A DNA stretch of 64,000 nucleotides from Gammaproteobacteria bacterium (GTDB taxonomy: Bacteria > Pseudomonadota > Gammaproteobacteria > Steroidobacterales > Rariloculaceae), in contig DATCLY010000093.1 of assembly GCA_036563665.1 (NCBI GenBank), positions 117,702-181,701 of the forward strand. Direction: 5' to 3'. Shown here one piece after another: positions 8,591 through 17,808 of this stretch. Positions within the stretch are counted from its first letter, which is position 1. Every line of letters starts with the position of its first letter. A program made the translations under genes and the position numbers. Below the pieces are notes generated by a model. The model worked only from the letters and a program-made list of their open reading frames with translations, was not told the origin of the DNA and did no database searches.

Positions 8591-9004
8591 ATGACGCGAG
8601 ACCAGCTCGTCGAGCTGCTTGAATCACACGACGTGATGCCGACCGCGCAGCGGTTGGATGTCGCGGCCGTGATCCTGTCGAAGCCGCAGCACCTGTCCGC
8701 GGAGCAGATCATCGCCGGCATCCGGGCGATGGGCTCGCGCGTCTCGAAGGCCACGGTCTACAACACGCTGAACCTCTTTTGCGACCGGGGGTTGCTGCGC
8801 ACGGTGGACGTCGATCCCACGCGCCAGTACTACGACTCCACCATTCACCCGCATCATCACTTCTACAACGAGGACACGGGCGAGCTCATCGACATCCCGA
8901 GCGATGCCGTCACGGTGGACGTGCGCACGGCGCTGCCGCCGGGCACGCGGCAGGCCGCCGTGGAGGTCGTGATCCGGGTGCGCTCGAGCGACGCCCAGGC
9001 GTAA
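8591..9004 (+). CDS. Fur-family transcriptional regulator, Irr-like (no CxxC zinc site)
   Basis: A 137-aa protein with a Fur winged-helix region (SKATVYNTLNLFCDRGLL). The HPHHHFYNEDTGELIDI segment replaces the usual HHHDH..C..C segment. There is no Cys pair anywhere in the dimerisation domain. Confidence 0.8.
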   Translation: MTRDQLVELLESHDVMPTAQRLDVAAVILSKPQHLSAEQIIAGIRAMGSRVSKATVYNTLNLFCDRGLLRTVDVDPTRQYYDSTIHPHHHFYNEDTGELIDIPSDAVTVDVRTALPPGTRQAAVEVVIRVRSSDAQA

Positions 9005-9096
9005 CGCCCGCGCGGTCCGCGCACACGCCGGTCCGCAAATCAAGAAGTGCAGGCGCGCGCGGCCTCAGGCAGAATAGCGCCTCCGCCGAATCCCGT

Positions 9097-9171
9097 GCCG
9101 GTGTAGCTCAGCGGTAGAGCAGTCGCTTCGTAAGCGAGAGGTCGGGGGTTCAAGTCCCTCCACCGGCACCA
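9097..9171 (+). tRNA. tRNA-Thr (anticodon CGU), CCA encoded
   Basis: The manual cloverleaf has acceptor GCCGGTG/CACCGGC, D arm GCTC-AGCGGTA-GAGC, anticodon arm GTCGC-TTCGTAA-GCGAG, T arm GGGGG-TTCAAGT-CCCTC, discriminator A and CCA. Confidence 0.9.
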
Positions 9172-9347
9172 GCTTCGGGTCTCCCCGCACACCGCATCAC
9201 TGCAGGCGCACCGCCCGCGGCGCTCGTCGAGTAATCGCGCGAAGCGTTGCCGCGGACGGTCGTCACGATTGAGCACCGAGGCTACCCAATCGCCGCTGGT
9301 CTTGTGCTAACGTGCGCACCGTTGCGCCTGGCACTGTGGGGGACGGT

Positions 9348-9947
9348 ATGCCCGTGCGTCGGGGGTTAGCGTGCATCGTCGGACTGCTGGCGGCGGCCTG
9401 CTCGCCGTCCGAGCCGGAGTCGGCCGGCGGCGGCGCGGCGCCCGACGGGACGACGACTTACGGGGCGGCGGATCTCCTCGCCTGGCGGCGCGTCGGCGAC
9501 GCGAACTGGCGCGAGGCCGACGGCGGTGCCGTGCAGGCGGATTCGGGCAACGGGTTCCTCGTGAGCCCCACGAGCTTCCGCGACTTCGACCTGAGCGTGG
9601 AGTTCTGGGTGTCGCCGGATGCGAACAGCGGGGTGTTCGTGCGTTGCGTCGACGCCGATGCTCCCGGCGCCGAGACTTGCTATGAGGTCAACATATTCGA
9701 CCAGCGGCCGGACCCCACGTATCGCACGGGCAGCATCGTCGACGTGGCGCCGCCGTCGAGCACGATCTACACGGGCGGCCGCTGGAATCGCTTCGAGATC
9801 ACGGCTCGCGGCCCGCGTCTGCAGGTAGTGCTGAACGATCGGCCCATGGTGGACGTGAGCGACGAGCGCTTCGCGGAGGGGCCGGTCGCGCTGCAGTACG
9901 GGGCGGGCACGGTGCTGTTCCGCAACCTTCGAATCACGACGCATTAG
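9348..9947 (+). CDS. DUF1080 (3-keto-disaccharide hydrolase-like) lipoprotein
   Basis: It has a lipobox (VGLLAAAC). The body matches the DUF1080 pattern (W.....W......V......L.S...F.DF.L..EF, NSGV, then LQYGAGTVLFRNLRI). Confidence 0.7.
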   Translation: MPVRRGLACIVGLLAAACSPSEPESAGGGAAPDGTTTYGAADLLAWRRVGDANWREADGGAVQADSGNGFLVSPTSFRDFDLSVEFWVSPDANSGVFVRCVDADAPGAETCYEVNIFDQRPDPTYRTGSIVDVAPPSSTIYTGGRWNRFEITARGPRLQVVLNDRPMVDVSDERFAEGPVALQYGAGTVLFRNLRITTH

Positions 9948-10024
9948 GCAAGCCGCTTGCGGTTTCTCCGGTTCAACCGTCCGAGTCCCCGCGGGGGCGC
10001 CGGGCAACTCCGTGAGGTCGTCGG

Positions 10025-10615
10025 ATGAGCAGCGTCCTCGAGCAGTCGCGCTCGGACTACTTCGCCCGATTCTTCCGTAGCTGGGTGCGCGATCCGTTCA
10101 CGATCGGCGCCGTCGCGCCGAGCGGCCGCTTGCTCGCGAGGCTCATGGCGCAGAACGTGACCGCGGGCGCGCGCGTCATCGAGCTCGGGGCGGGCACGGG
10201 TACCGTCACGCGCGCCATCCTCGAGCGCGGCGTGCGCCCCGAGAACCTGGTCGTGGTGGAGCAGAACGCCGATTTCGCGCGGATCCTCACGCAGCGCTTT
10301 CCGCACTGCCGCGTGCTGCAGGCCGACGCGTTGTCGCTCGCGAGCTACCGGGACGAGCTCGCGGGCGGCGGCTTCGACTTCGTCATCAGCGGCCTGCCGC
10401 TGTTGCTCTTCTCGCGGCGCGAGAAGCTGCGCGTGCTGTCGCAGGCGTTCGAGATGCTCGGGCCCGACGGGTGCTTCCATCAGTTCACGTACGGCGGCCG
10501 CTGTCCCGTGGGGCGCGAGCTGCGGGCGAGGCTCAGGCTGCGCAGCTCGCTGATCGGCTTCACGCCGCTCAACCTGCCGCCGGCCTTCGTCTATCGCTTC
10601 GCCCGCGTGTTCTGA
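10025..10615 (+). CDS. Class I SAM-dependent methyltransferase (phospholipid N-methyltransferase-like)
   Basis: It has the SAM motif VIELGAGTGTVT. The N-terminus FFRSWVRDPFTIGAVAPSG is typical of the PmtA/rRNA-adenine-MTase-like family. Confidence 0.7.
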   Translation: MSSVLEQSRSDYFARFFRSWVRDPFTIGAVAPSGRLLARLMAQNVTAGARVIELGAGTGTVTRAILERGVRPENLVVVEQNADFARILTQRFPHCRVLQADALSLASYRDELAGGGFDFVISGLPLLLFSRREKLRVLSQAFEMLGPDGCFHQFTYGGRCPVGRELRARLRLRSSLIGFTPLNLPPAFVYRFARVF

Positions 10616-10628
10616 TACCGTCCTACGG

Positions 10629-11867
10629 GTGTCGACGCAGCCCTCGGTGTCCGCCGGCGCCCCATTCGCAGTGATGGTGGCGGCCGCTTGCGCCGCGCTC
10701 GCGGCGTGCGGCGAGCGCGGGGGGCCGCCGACTGCCGTTTCCACGCCCACGGTCGTGGACGTGCCGGCGGCGCCGGGCAGCGGCGAGCCCCGGCTCGCGG
10801 CGGGGCCGGACGGCTCGGCCGTGCTGAGCTGGGTGGAGCCTGAAGGGGAGGGCTACGCGCTGCGCTACGCGCGCTGGTCGGGCGGCGCCTTCGGCGGGCC
10901 GGCCACGGTCGCCCGGGGCACGGACTGGATGGTGAACCCCGCGGATCTGCCGTCGGTCGTGCCGATCACGCGCGACGTCTGGGCCGCGCACTGGCTGGTG
11001 ACCTCGCCGGGCAGCCTGTTCGCCTACGACGTGGTCGTCGCGCACTCGCACGACGGCGGCCGGTCGTGGAGCGAGCCCGTGCTGCTGAACGACGACGGCA
11101 CGACCACCGAGCACGGCTTCGCGACCCTGTTCGAATGGGACGGCGCCGTCGGCGCGGTGTGGCTCGACGGTCGGAACTTCGCGCTCGCGGAGGGCGACGA
11201 GGCCGCCGTTGTCGGCACCAGCCTGCGCGCCGCACGGCTGTCGTTCGACGGCACGAAGCTCTCCGACGACGCCGTCGACGACGTGGTGTGCGACTGCTGC
11301 CGCACCGATGTCGCCGCCGCGCGCGGCGCGCTGGTCGTGGTGTACCGCGACCGCACGCCGGAGGAGCGCCGCGACGTCGTCGTGCGCCGCTTCGCGGACG
11401 GCCGCTGGACGGAGCCCGTCGAGCTCGGCCCGGACGGGTGGATCATCGAGGGCTGTCCCGTGAACGGACCCGCCCTCGACGCGCGCGGCGACGACGTGGT
11501 CGCGGCGTGGTTCACGGCGGCGAGCGGCGCGCCGCGCGTGCGCTTCGCGCGCTCGCGCGACGGCGGCGCCACGTTCGCGCCCGCGGTCGACATCGACGGG
11601 GCGGGCGCGCTGGGTCAGGTGGGCGTGGCGCTGCTCGACGACGGCGCGGCCGCCGTGAGCTGGTGGCGCAACGACGCCCACGGTGGCACCGAGCTCGCCG
11701 TGCGCCGCGTGGAGCGCGATGGCACGCTCGGCCCGGCGTTCGCGGCCGCGCGCGTCGACACGCCGCGCCCGAGCGATGTGCCGCAGATGCTCGCGACCGA
11801 GGGCGGGCTGCTGTTCGCCTGGACCGACGCGGGAGGGGTGAAAGCCGCCTTCGTGGAGCGGCCGTAG
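10629..11867 (+). CDS. BNR-repeat (sialidase-fold) lipoprotein; start uncertain (GTG 10629 or ATG 10674)
   Basis: It has a lipobox (AALAAC) and BNR Asp-box motifs SHDGGRSW and SRDGGATF. Confidence 0.7.
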   Translation: MSTQPSVSAGAPFAVMVAAACAALAACGERGGPPTAVSTPTVVDVPAAPGSGEPRLAAGPDGSAVLSWVEPEGEGYALRYARWSGGAFGGPATVARGTDWMVNPADLPSVVPITRDVWAAHWLVTSPGSLFAYDVVVAHSHDGGRSWSEPVLLNDDGTTTEHGFATLFEWDGAVGAVWLDGRNFALAEGDEAAVVGTSLRAARLSFDGTKLSDDAVDDVVCDCCRTDVAAARGALVVVYRDRTPEERRDVVVRRFADGRWTEPVELGPDGWIIEGCPVNGPALDARGDDVVAAWFTAASGAPRVRFARSRDGGATFAPAVDIDGAGALGQVGVALLDDGAAAVSWWRNDAHGGTELAVRRVERDGTLGPAFAAARVDTPRPSDVPQMLATEGGLLFAWTDAGGVKAAFVERP

Positions 11868-11918
11868 TCCCCGCCGGCATCCTAGGCGGCGCGCGCCGGC
11901 GCCGCTAGAATCGAACGC

Positions 11919-12929
11919 ATGCCCCGTTGCTGGTCACTGCCCGCGCGGCGTTCGTCGGGCGTGCGCGCAGTTCTACGATTTTGCGCCGTGGCGGCGCTCG
12001 CCGCCCTCACGGGCTGCGCGGTGACGCATGTGCCGCTCTCGGATCGCTATCCCGGCCCACGCGAGCTACCGCCCGATCTCGCGGAGCGCTTCCACTACAC
12101 GGCGGCGACGCCGAGCGGCGCCGAGGAGGCGTTGCGGCGGCGCGCGAACTTCACCGTGCGCCAGGTCCTGCTCGAGTCCAGCACGGGATGCGAGCCGATC
12201 GAGCTCGAGTACTGCGACACGGAAGGCGACGCGCGAACGCCGGTGGTGGTGCTGCTGCCCATCTTCAACGGCCATCTCGTCGTCACGCGCTACTTCGCCA
12301 AGTATTTCGCGCAGCGGGGCTGGGCGGCCGTGGTCGTGGGCGTGAACCGCGAGCGCATGCAGACCATCGATGAGCTCGGCGAAGCGCTGCATGCCACGCT
12401 CGCGGACTATCGCCGGGCGCTCGACTGGATCGAGCAGCAGCCCGAGCTCGACTCGGAGCGCATCGGGCTGTTCGGCATCAGCTTCGGGGGCAGCGACGCC
12501 GTCATGCTGGCCGCGCTCGATCCGCGCGTGGACGCGCTCGTGGCCGCGATGGCGGGCGGCGACTTCCCGTACATGGCGATGAACACGCGCTATCGGCCCG
12601 TGGCGCGGGTGATCGACGAGGTCGTCGAGGAGAACGGCCTGACGGAGAGCGCGCTCGAGCGGCTGCTCAAGGAAGAGATCCCGTTCGATCCTCTCACGCT
12701 CGCCCCCTATGTGGACGCGCAGCGCGCGCTGCTCGTGCTCGCGCGCTCCGACGTCATCGTGCCGTTCGAGGCCCAGCAGCGCCTCTGGCTCACGATGGGC
12801 CGCCCCGAGGCCCTGTACCTGCCCACGGGCCACCGCACGTCCGTGGTGTACTTCCCGAAGTTGCGCGAGAGCGCCTACGAGTTCTTCGCGCGGCAATTCG
12901 GGATGCCGGACGGCGTAGCGCACAACTAA
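11919..12929 (+). CDS. Alpha/beta-hydrolase lipoprotein
   Basis: It has a lipobox (LAALTGC), a nucleophile elbow GISFGG, and a late His (LPTGHR). Confidence 0.7.
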   Translation: MPRCWSLPARRSSGVRAVLRFCAVAALAALTGCAVTHVPLSDRYPGPRELPPDLAERFHYTAATPSGAEEALRRRANFTVRQVLLESSTGCEPIELEYCDTEGDARTPVVVLLPIFNGHLVVTRYFAKYFAQRGWAAVVVGVNRERMQTIDELGEALHATLADYRRALDWIEQQPELDSERIGLFGISFGGSDAVMLAALDPRVDALVAAMAGGDFPYMAMNTRYRPVARVIDEVVEENGLTESALERLLKEEIPFDPLTLAPYVDAQRALLVLARSDVIVPFEAQQRLWLTMGRPEALYLPTGHRTSVVYFPKLRESAYEFFARQFGMPDGVAHN

Positions 12930-13047
12930 CCGCCCCGCGACTACCGGCGTCTCGCCAACCGCGACCTTCACCGCCGCCGGCCCTTGCGACGAGACGTCAG
13001 ACCGCGATCTTCAGCGCCGCACACTCTCGCGACGACGCGTCAGGGTC

Positions 13048-13144
13048 GTCCATGCAGACCCCCTTCCAGGACGCTCGCGCGCAGGATGCGCGCGCGAGGC
13101 TACAGGGATGTATCCACGCCGTTCGGAAGGGGGTCCGCATGGAC
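13048..13144. repeat. REP-like palindromic element, copy A
   Basis: The arms are 20 nt (13048-13067 GTCCATGCAGACCCCCTTCC and 13125-13144 GGAAGGGGGTCCGCATGGAC, one mismatch). The ~75-nt core is highly similar to the reverse complement of 60425-60502, sharing CGCGCGCGAGGCTACAGGGA.GTAT.CACGCC. Confidence 0.75.
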
Positions 13145-13277
13145 AGGTCCCTGCGCGGACGCCGGAGCCGGCGATCTTCATCCGCGAGCGCCTCTGAAGA
13201 TCGCGACGATGCGAGCGCGCCTTGAGATACCTGGAAGGGCGAGGTAAACTGAGCTCTCGAGTCTTCGGCGGAGCGCC

Positions 13278-13616
13278 ATGAGCCAGACGAATCCTCCGTT
13301 CATGAGCGGCGTGCCGGAGTTGCTCGTCCTGCGACTCCTGGCCCGAGGCGAGATGTACGGGTACGAGCTGGTCAAGGCCGTGCGCCTCGTCACCGGCGAA
13401 GCCATCGCGCTCGGCGAAGGGGTGATCTACCCCGTCCTCCACGCCCTCGAGCGCAACGGCGCGCTCAAGGCGCGGCGCAAGGCCGTGAACGGACGCACAC
13501 GCGTCTACTACACGCTGACCGCGAAGGGACAGCGGCGACTGGAACGATTGGGACAGGAATGGAAGCGCGTGAGCTCGGGTGTGAATGCCGCACTCGGAGA
13601 CGCGGAGCATGCCTAG
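13278..13616 (+). CDS. PadR-family transcriptional regulator
   Basis: It has the PadR wHTH (LLVLRLLARGEMYGYELVK ... GVIYPVLHALERNGAL ... RVYYTLTAKG). Confidence 0.9.
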   Translation: MSQTNPPFMSGVPELLVLRLLARGEMYGYELVKAVRLVTGEAIALGEGVIYPVLHALERNGALKARRKAVNGRTRVYYTLTAKGQRRLERLGQEWKRVSSGVNAALGDAEHA

Positions 13617-14034
13617 CCCGGGGTTCGAAGGCCTGAAGATTGCCTTATCGAAGGCAGGCGTCTCCCCCGTCTACATCCAGCGCACCATCCTCGAGCTCGG
13701 CGAGCACTGGGAAGACCTCATGCAGGATGCGGTCGCCGCCGGCATGACGGCGGAAGAGGCCGCGCGCTGGGCGGATGCCGCGCTCGGCACGGAGGAGACC
13801 ATCGCCGCTGCCGTGCTCTCCCGCCCCGAGCTTCGCGGCTGGACCTACCGCTGGCCGTGGCTGGCCGTCTGCCTGCGCTGCCTCGCGCAGTGCGCCGCGT
13901 TGCCGCTCGTGCCGGTGACGGTCTGCTGGAACCGCGGCGCGCTCATCGCCCGCTGGGCGGTGTCCGTCATGCTCGCGCTGGTCCTCACGAGCTCGTTATT
14001 TTTCTATCTCAACTCTTTGATAATTCTGCCCTAG
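13609..14034 (+). CDS. Membrane protein coupled to PadR
   Basis: ATG 13609 overlaps the padR 3' end by 8 nt. It has a soluble N-terminal helix region, then hydrophobic segments (WLAVCLRCLAQCAALPLVPV, WAVSVMLALVLTSSLFFYL). No family is recognised. Confidence 0.5.
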   Translation: MPSPGFEGLKIALSKAGVSPVYIQRTILELGEHWEDLMQDAVAAGMTAEEAARWADAALGTEETIAAAVLSRPELRGWTYRWPWLAVCLRCLAQCAALPLVPVTVCWNRGALIARWAVSVMLALVLTSSLFFYLNSLIILP

Positions 14035-15137
14035 CTGACTAGGTCCGCCACGCGCTCGGCGATCGCGAGCGAGGCAGTCAGCCCCGGCGACTCGATGCCG
14101 AAGAGCTCGATCAGCACGGCGTCCGACCCGGTCGGCGCGCGCTCTATGGCGAAATCGCTGGCAGGCTCGCCGGGCGCCGCCGTCTTGGGCCGGATCCCCG
14201 AGTAGCCGGGGCTCAGGCTGCCGTCCGGCAGCCCTGGCCAGTAGGTGCGGATGGCCGCGTAGAAGCGCGTCGCCCGCGAGGGGTCGACGGCATAATCGAG
14301 CCGGTCCACCCATTCGACGTCCGGCCCGAACCGTAGCCGCCCCGCGAGGTCCAGGGTGGCGTGGATGCCGAGCCCGCCGGGCTCCGGCAGCGGATACACG
14401 AGATGCGTGAACGGGCTCTTGCCGGCGTAGACGAAGTAGTTGCCCTTGGCGTAGCGCGTCTCCGGGATCTCCCGCGCCGGAAACCCGTGCAGCGCGCGCG
14501 CGACCCTCGTCGCGTGCAGCCCGGCGGCGTTCACGACGACGCGCGCCGCCACCTCCTGGATCTCGTCGTCCGCCGAGTAACGCAGGCGAATGCGATCGCC
14601 CTCGAGATGACCCTCCAGGAATCGCGACAGCACGGCCACGGCCCCGCCGTGCGCCTCGAGGTCCCCCTGGTAGGCCAGCATGAGCGCATGGCTGTCCACG
14701 ATGCCCGTGGACGGCGACCAGAGGGCGGCGGCCCCCGTGACCTCCGGCTCGAGCGCGTGCAGCTCCGCGCGAGTCAGCCGGCGCAGGTCGGCCGCGCCGT
14801 TCTCCATGCCCTTCGCCCACAGCGCCTCGAGCGCGGTCTCCTGCTCCGCGTGGACGGCGACGATCACCTTGCCGCAGCGGCGGTAGGGAACGCCTTTTGC
14901 TTCGCAATACTCATAGAGCTTGCGGGCGCCGGCGACGCAGAGCTCGGCCTTGAGGCTGCCGGTAGGGTAGTAGATCCCGGCGTGGATCACCTCGGAGTTC
15001 CGGGCGGACGTTTCCTCGCCGACGCGCGCGTGCTGCTCGAGCACCACGACCTCCCGGCCGCGCATGGCGAGCGCGCGTGCGGCGGCGAGGCCCACGACGC
15101 CCGCTCCGATCACGACGGCGTCCACGGTGTCGGTCAT
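14031..15137 (-). CDS. FAD-dependent oxidoreductase (L-2-hydroxyglutarate oxidase/dehydrogenase-like)
   Basis: It has the dinucleotide fold DAVVIGAGVVGLAAA and the motifs NSEVIHAGIYYPTGSLKA and GIRPK shared with LhgO-type enzymes. The start is set at MTDTVD. Confidence 0.75.
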   Translation of the reverse strand: MTDTVDAVVIGAGVVGLAAARALAMRGREVVVLEQHARVGEETSARNSEVIHAGIYYPTGSLKAELCVAGARKLYEYCEAKGVPYRRCGKVIVAVHAEQETALEALWAKGMENGAADLRRLTRAELHALEPEVTGAAALWSPSTGIVDSHALMLAYQGDLEAHGGAVAVLSRFLEGHLEGDRIRLRYSADDEIQEVAARVVVNAAGLHATRVARALHGFPAREIPETRYAKGNYFVYAGKSPFTHLVYPLPEPGGLGIHATLDLAGRLRFGPDVEWVDRLDYAVDPSRATRFYAAIRTYWPGLPDGSLSPGYSGIRPKTAAPGEPASDFAIERAPTGSDAVLIELFGIESPGLTASLAIAERVADLVS

Positions 15138-15296
15138 GGCAGGGTGCTCCGGCGGCTCTCGGGGCGGCCGATTGTCCGGGCCCGTCGGCCGACCGGTCAA
15201 GGAATCAGGTCGCGGTGCCGGCCGGGCGCACTGCCCAGGCGCCGGCGTGCTATGTTGTCTCTACCGGCTCTTTTGGGCGTTCGACAGGAGGGATCG

Positions 15297-15881
15297 ATGG
15301 TGAGTGGTATGGCGGCATCTCGGGCGTTCGAAGCGTCGGCGCTCGCCGATCTGATTCGCAGCCGCCGCTCCATCGACCTGTTCGACCCCACGCCGGTGGG
15401 CGTCGACGTGCTGCTCGAAGGCATCGAGCTCGCGCGCTGGGCGCCGAACCACCGCCTGACTCAACCCTGGAAGTTCTATATCGTCGGCCCGGAGACCAAG
15501 GAGGCGCTCGCGCGGTTCGCGGCCGAGTTCGACACGAAGGTCAAAGGAGAGCGCGCGGGCGTGGCGCGTTACGCCCGGCTCAGCGCCATTCCGGCGATGT
15601 TCGTGCTCACGTCCCGGCGCAGCGCCGACGAGCTCACGGACCGGGAAGACTACGCCGCTTGCTGCTGCGCGGCTCAGAACCTCATGCTGTATCTGTGGCA
15701 GCGCGGGGTAGGCGTCAAGTGGACGACCGGCGCCTTCACCCGGGAGCAGAAATTTTACGAGCTGCTCGGCATCGATCCCGAGCACGAGCGTGTGGTCGGC
15801 TTGTTCTGGTATGGACGCCCGCAAGTCGTTCCGGCGCAGAAGCGCCGAGAGGTGCAGGAGATAGTGGTCGAACGTCCGTAA
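15297..15881 (+). CDS. Nitroreductase-family protein
   Basis: AGGAGGGA lies upstream of ATG 15297. Nitroreductase motifs are present (RRSIDLF, APNHRLTQPW.F, QNLMLYLW..G.G.KW). Confidence 0.8.
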   Translation: MVSGMAASRAFEASALADLIRSRRSIDLFDPTPVGVDVLLEGIELARWAPNHRLTQPWKFYIVGPETKEALARFAAEFDTKVKGERAGVARYARLSAIPAMFVLTSRRSADELTDREDYAACCCAAQNLMLYLWQRGVGVKWTTGAFTREQKFYELLGIDPEHERVVGLFWYGRPQVVPAQKRREVQEIVVERP

Positions 15882-15973
15882 CGGCGGTCGCGCACGAATC
15901 GGGGAATCGGGGGTCGGAACGCGGAGACGAGCGGCAGAGTTTACGAACAGCACTCACTGGAAGGAGTTTCGCA

Positions 15974-16618
15974 GTGACTCGTATTGCCGGCATGCAAGGA
16001 TTAGCGGCCGAGCCCCAGTCCGCTCGCGGACGGGAGCGCCTGGCAAGGATGTTGGAGGCGGCGACGGAGCTCTTTCTGCGCGATGGCTACGATCAGACCT
16101 CCATCGACGCCATCCTCGAGCGCTCCGGGGGCTCGAAAGCCACTCTCTATAACTATTTCCCCACCAAGGAAGACCTGTTTCGGGTAGTGGTGGATTCGCT
16201 GGTGTCGAACGCTCCCCAGCCCTCGCTCGGCGATCACGAGGACGTGCGCCGAACGCTCACCCGGTTCGGGGCGGAACGGCTGGCTGCGCTCTTTTCCTCG
16301 AGCCATCGCGCGCTGCTGCGGCTCATCATCGCCGAGCGGGAGCGCTTCCCGGATCTCGCGCGGCTCTACTACACGCGCGGCCCGCAGCGCACGCAAGCGG
16401 TGCTCGCGGAGTACCTCCGCAACGCGAGCGAGCGCGGGGCGCTGCAGGTGGACGACCCGGAGGAGGCGGCCGAGTTCTTCATGGGCATGCTCCAGCACCG
16501 CTGGTACAAGGAGCTGCTGCTGATCGGCGGCGAGTCGCCCAGTGAGGAGGAGATCGGCCGCCGCGCCGAGCGGGTCGTGGACCGCCTGCTCGCGAGCTAC
16601 CAGCGCAAGCCGCACTGA
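15974..16618 (+). CDS. TetR/AcrR-family transcriptional regulator
   Basis: AAGGAG lies 7 nt before GTG 15974. It has the TetR HTH (FLRDGYDQTSIDAILERSGGSKATLYNYFPTKEDLF). Confidence 0.9.
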   Translation: MTRIAGMQGLAAEPQSARGRERLARMLEAATELFLRDGYDQTSIDAILERSGGSKATLYNYFPTKEDLFRVVVDSLVSNAPQPSLGDHEDVRRTLTRFGAERLAALFSSSHRALLRLIIAERERFPDLARLYYTRGPQRTQAVLAEYLRNASERGALQVDDPEEAAEFFMGMLQHRWYKELLLIGGESPSEEEIGRRAERVVDRLLASYQRKPH

Positions 16619-16619
16619 A

Positions 16620-17231
16620 TCAGAGCGGCTCTCCTGGTCGCGGCGAGCCCTCGAGCCACGCACGGCCCTCGGCGTAGAGCTTCTCGACGGCCGGGCCGCG
16701 GAGCCCCGGCAGGCCGAGCTTCACCTGGAAGCCGGCCTTGGTCTGCAGGTACGCGAGGTGCCGGTAGCCCTCGGGGAAGCGGTCGAGCAGGTCGGCGTCC
16801 AGTTCGATGCGCGCGCCGGGCTCCACCGGGTCCAGCCGGTCCTTCTCGTAGATCGGCTGGCGGCGCACGATTCCCCAGCGGCCGGAGCGCTTCTCCAGGA
16901 AGTCGTAGAAGCGGCCGATGCAGACCGCGTCCACGGCCACGCCGTCGAGCACGGCGCGCTGGTTGATGGTCATCTTGGTCTGCGCGATCGCGCGGGGCCC
17001 GCGGATCTCGCTCGTGTGCGCGCCGAGAAAGTGGATGATGCTCACGCCGCGCTCGAAGCCCGTGCGGCGCGCCTCCACGAAGTCGCGCGCGGGGCCCTGG
17101 AACCAGGTGGCCGTCATCCACGCATCGTCGTGCCACACGGTGGCGAAGCGCTCCCAGTCCCCGGAGTCGCTCCAGAGCACCCAGTTGTCCACGAGCTCGC
17201 GTATCGCGAGCCGATCATCCTGCTCCGACAT
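16620..17231 (-). CDS. SnoaL-like / NTF2-fold protein
   Basis: The SnoaL_4-type N-terminus is DRLAIRELVDNWVLWSDSGDWERFATVWHDDAWM. The start is set at MSEQDD. Confidence 0.65.
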   Translation of the reverse strand: MSEQDDRLAIRELVDNWVLWSDSGDWERFATVWHDDAWMTATWFQGPARDFVEARRTGFERGVSIIHFLGAHTSEIRGPRAIAQTKMTINQRAVLDGVAVDAVCIGRFYDFLEKRSGRWGIVRRQPIYEKDRLDPVEPGARIELDADLLDRFPEGYRHLAYLQTKAGFQVKLGLPGLRGPAVEKLYAEGRAWLEGSPRPGEPL

Positions 17232-17278
17232 GCTTCGTCCTCCGCGGCTCGCCCGTCTCCGCGCGTTTCTTCGGGCCG

Positions 17279-17677
17279 TCAAGGCAGCTGGATGCCGCCT
17301 CCGCCGCGCGGGCCTCCTCGGCCGAGCGGACCGGCCGCGCTGCCGGGGACGATGAGCGACGACGCCGCCTCGCGGCGCAGCTCTTCGAGCCGTTTCAGCG
17401 CGTTGGCGAGCGCCTGCTGCGCGAGCCCGCCGAACTTGGCGACGGCCTCCTCCAGCGAGCTCGCTTCAACCTCGAAGCTCAGCGGCAGCGCGCCGGCCGG
17501 TGTCAACACCTGCGTCTGGCCCACGTAGAGCACGGGCCGTCCGGTGTCGCGCTGGCCGTTCGGGGTGACGGGCGTGAGCCTCTGGATCGTGCCGACGCGC
17601 CGATCCGTGAACGTCTCCTCTTGATAGAGATTGGCGGCATCCATTGCGATGTCGTCGGCGCCGAGATCCTCTGCCAT
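17279..17677 (-). CDS. Hypothetical cytoplasmic protein
   Basis: A 132-aa ORF with normal composition and AAGGA upstream. The C-terminal tail is Gly/Arg-rich. No family is recognised. Confidence 0.5.
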   Translation of the reverse strand: MAEDLGADDIAMDAANLYQEETFTDRRVGTIQRLTPVTPNGQRDTGRPVLYVGQTQVLTPAGALPLSFEVEASSLEEAVAKFGGLAQQALANALKRLEELRREAASSLIVPGSAAGPLGRGGPRGGGGIQLP

Positions 17678-17808
17678 GGTGGGGTCCTTGGTTGCCAGTG
17701 CGTAAGGCGGGATAGGCTAACACTGTCACCGCCGCAATGTCGGACGCGCTGGTTTCGAAGGGGCCGCTGCCCTAAGCTGCCACGGCCCTGCGGCGATCCT
17801 GGAGGGAG

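Noticed and set aside
9040-9276. The 78-aa ORF on the minus strand spanning the tRNA-Thr locus.
   Set aside because: It overlaps a well-folding tRNA gene on the opposite strand, has no RBS, and its translation has no recognisable features.
9097-12929. Possible genomic island inserted at tRNA-Thr. The four consecutive genes after the tRNA encode three lipoproteins (DUF1080, BNR-repeat, alpha/beta hydrolase) and a methyltransferase.
   Set aside because: No integrase, no direct repeat of the tRNA 3' end and no mobility genes were found. No obvious compositional break is visible by eye. It remains a cluster of unknown function, but island status cannot be supported from the sequence alone.
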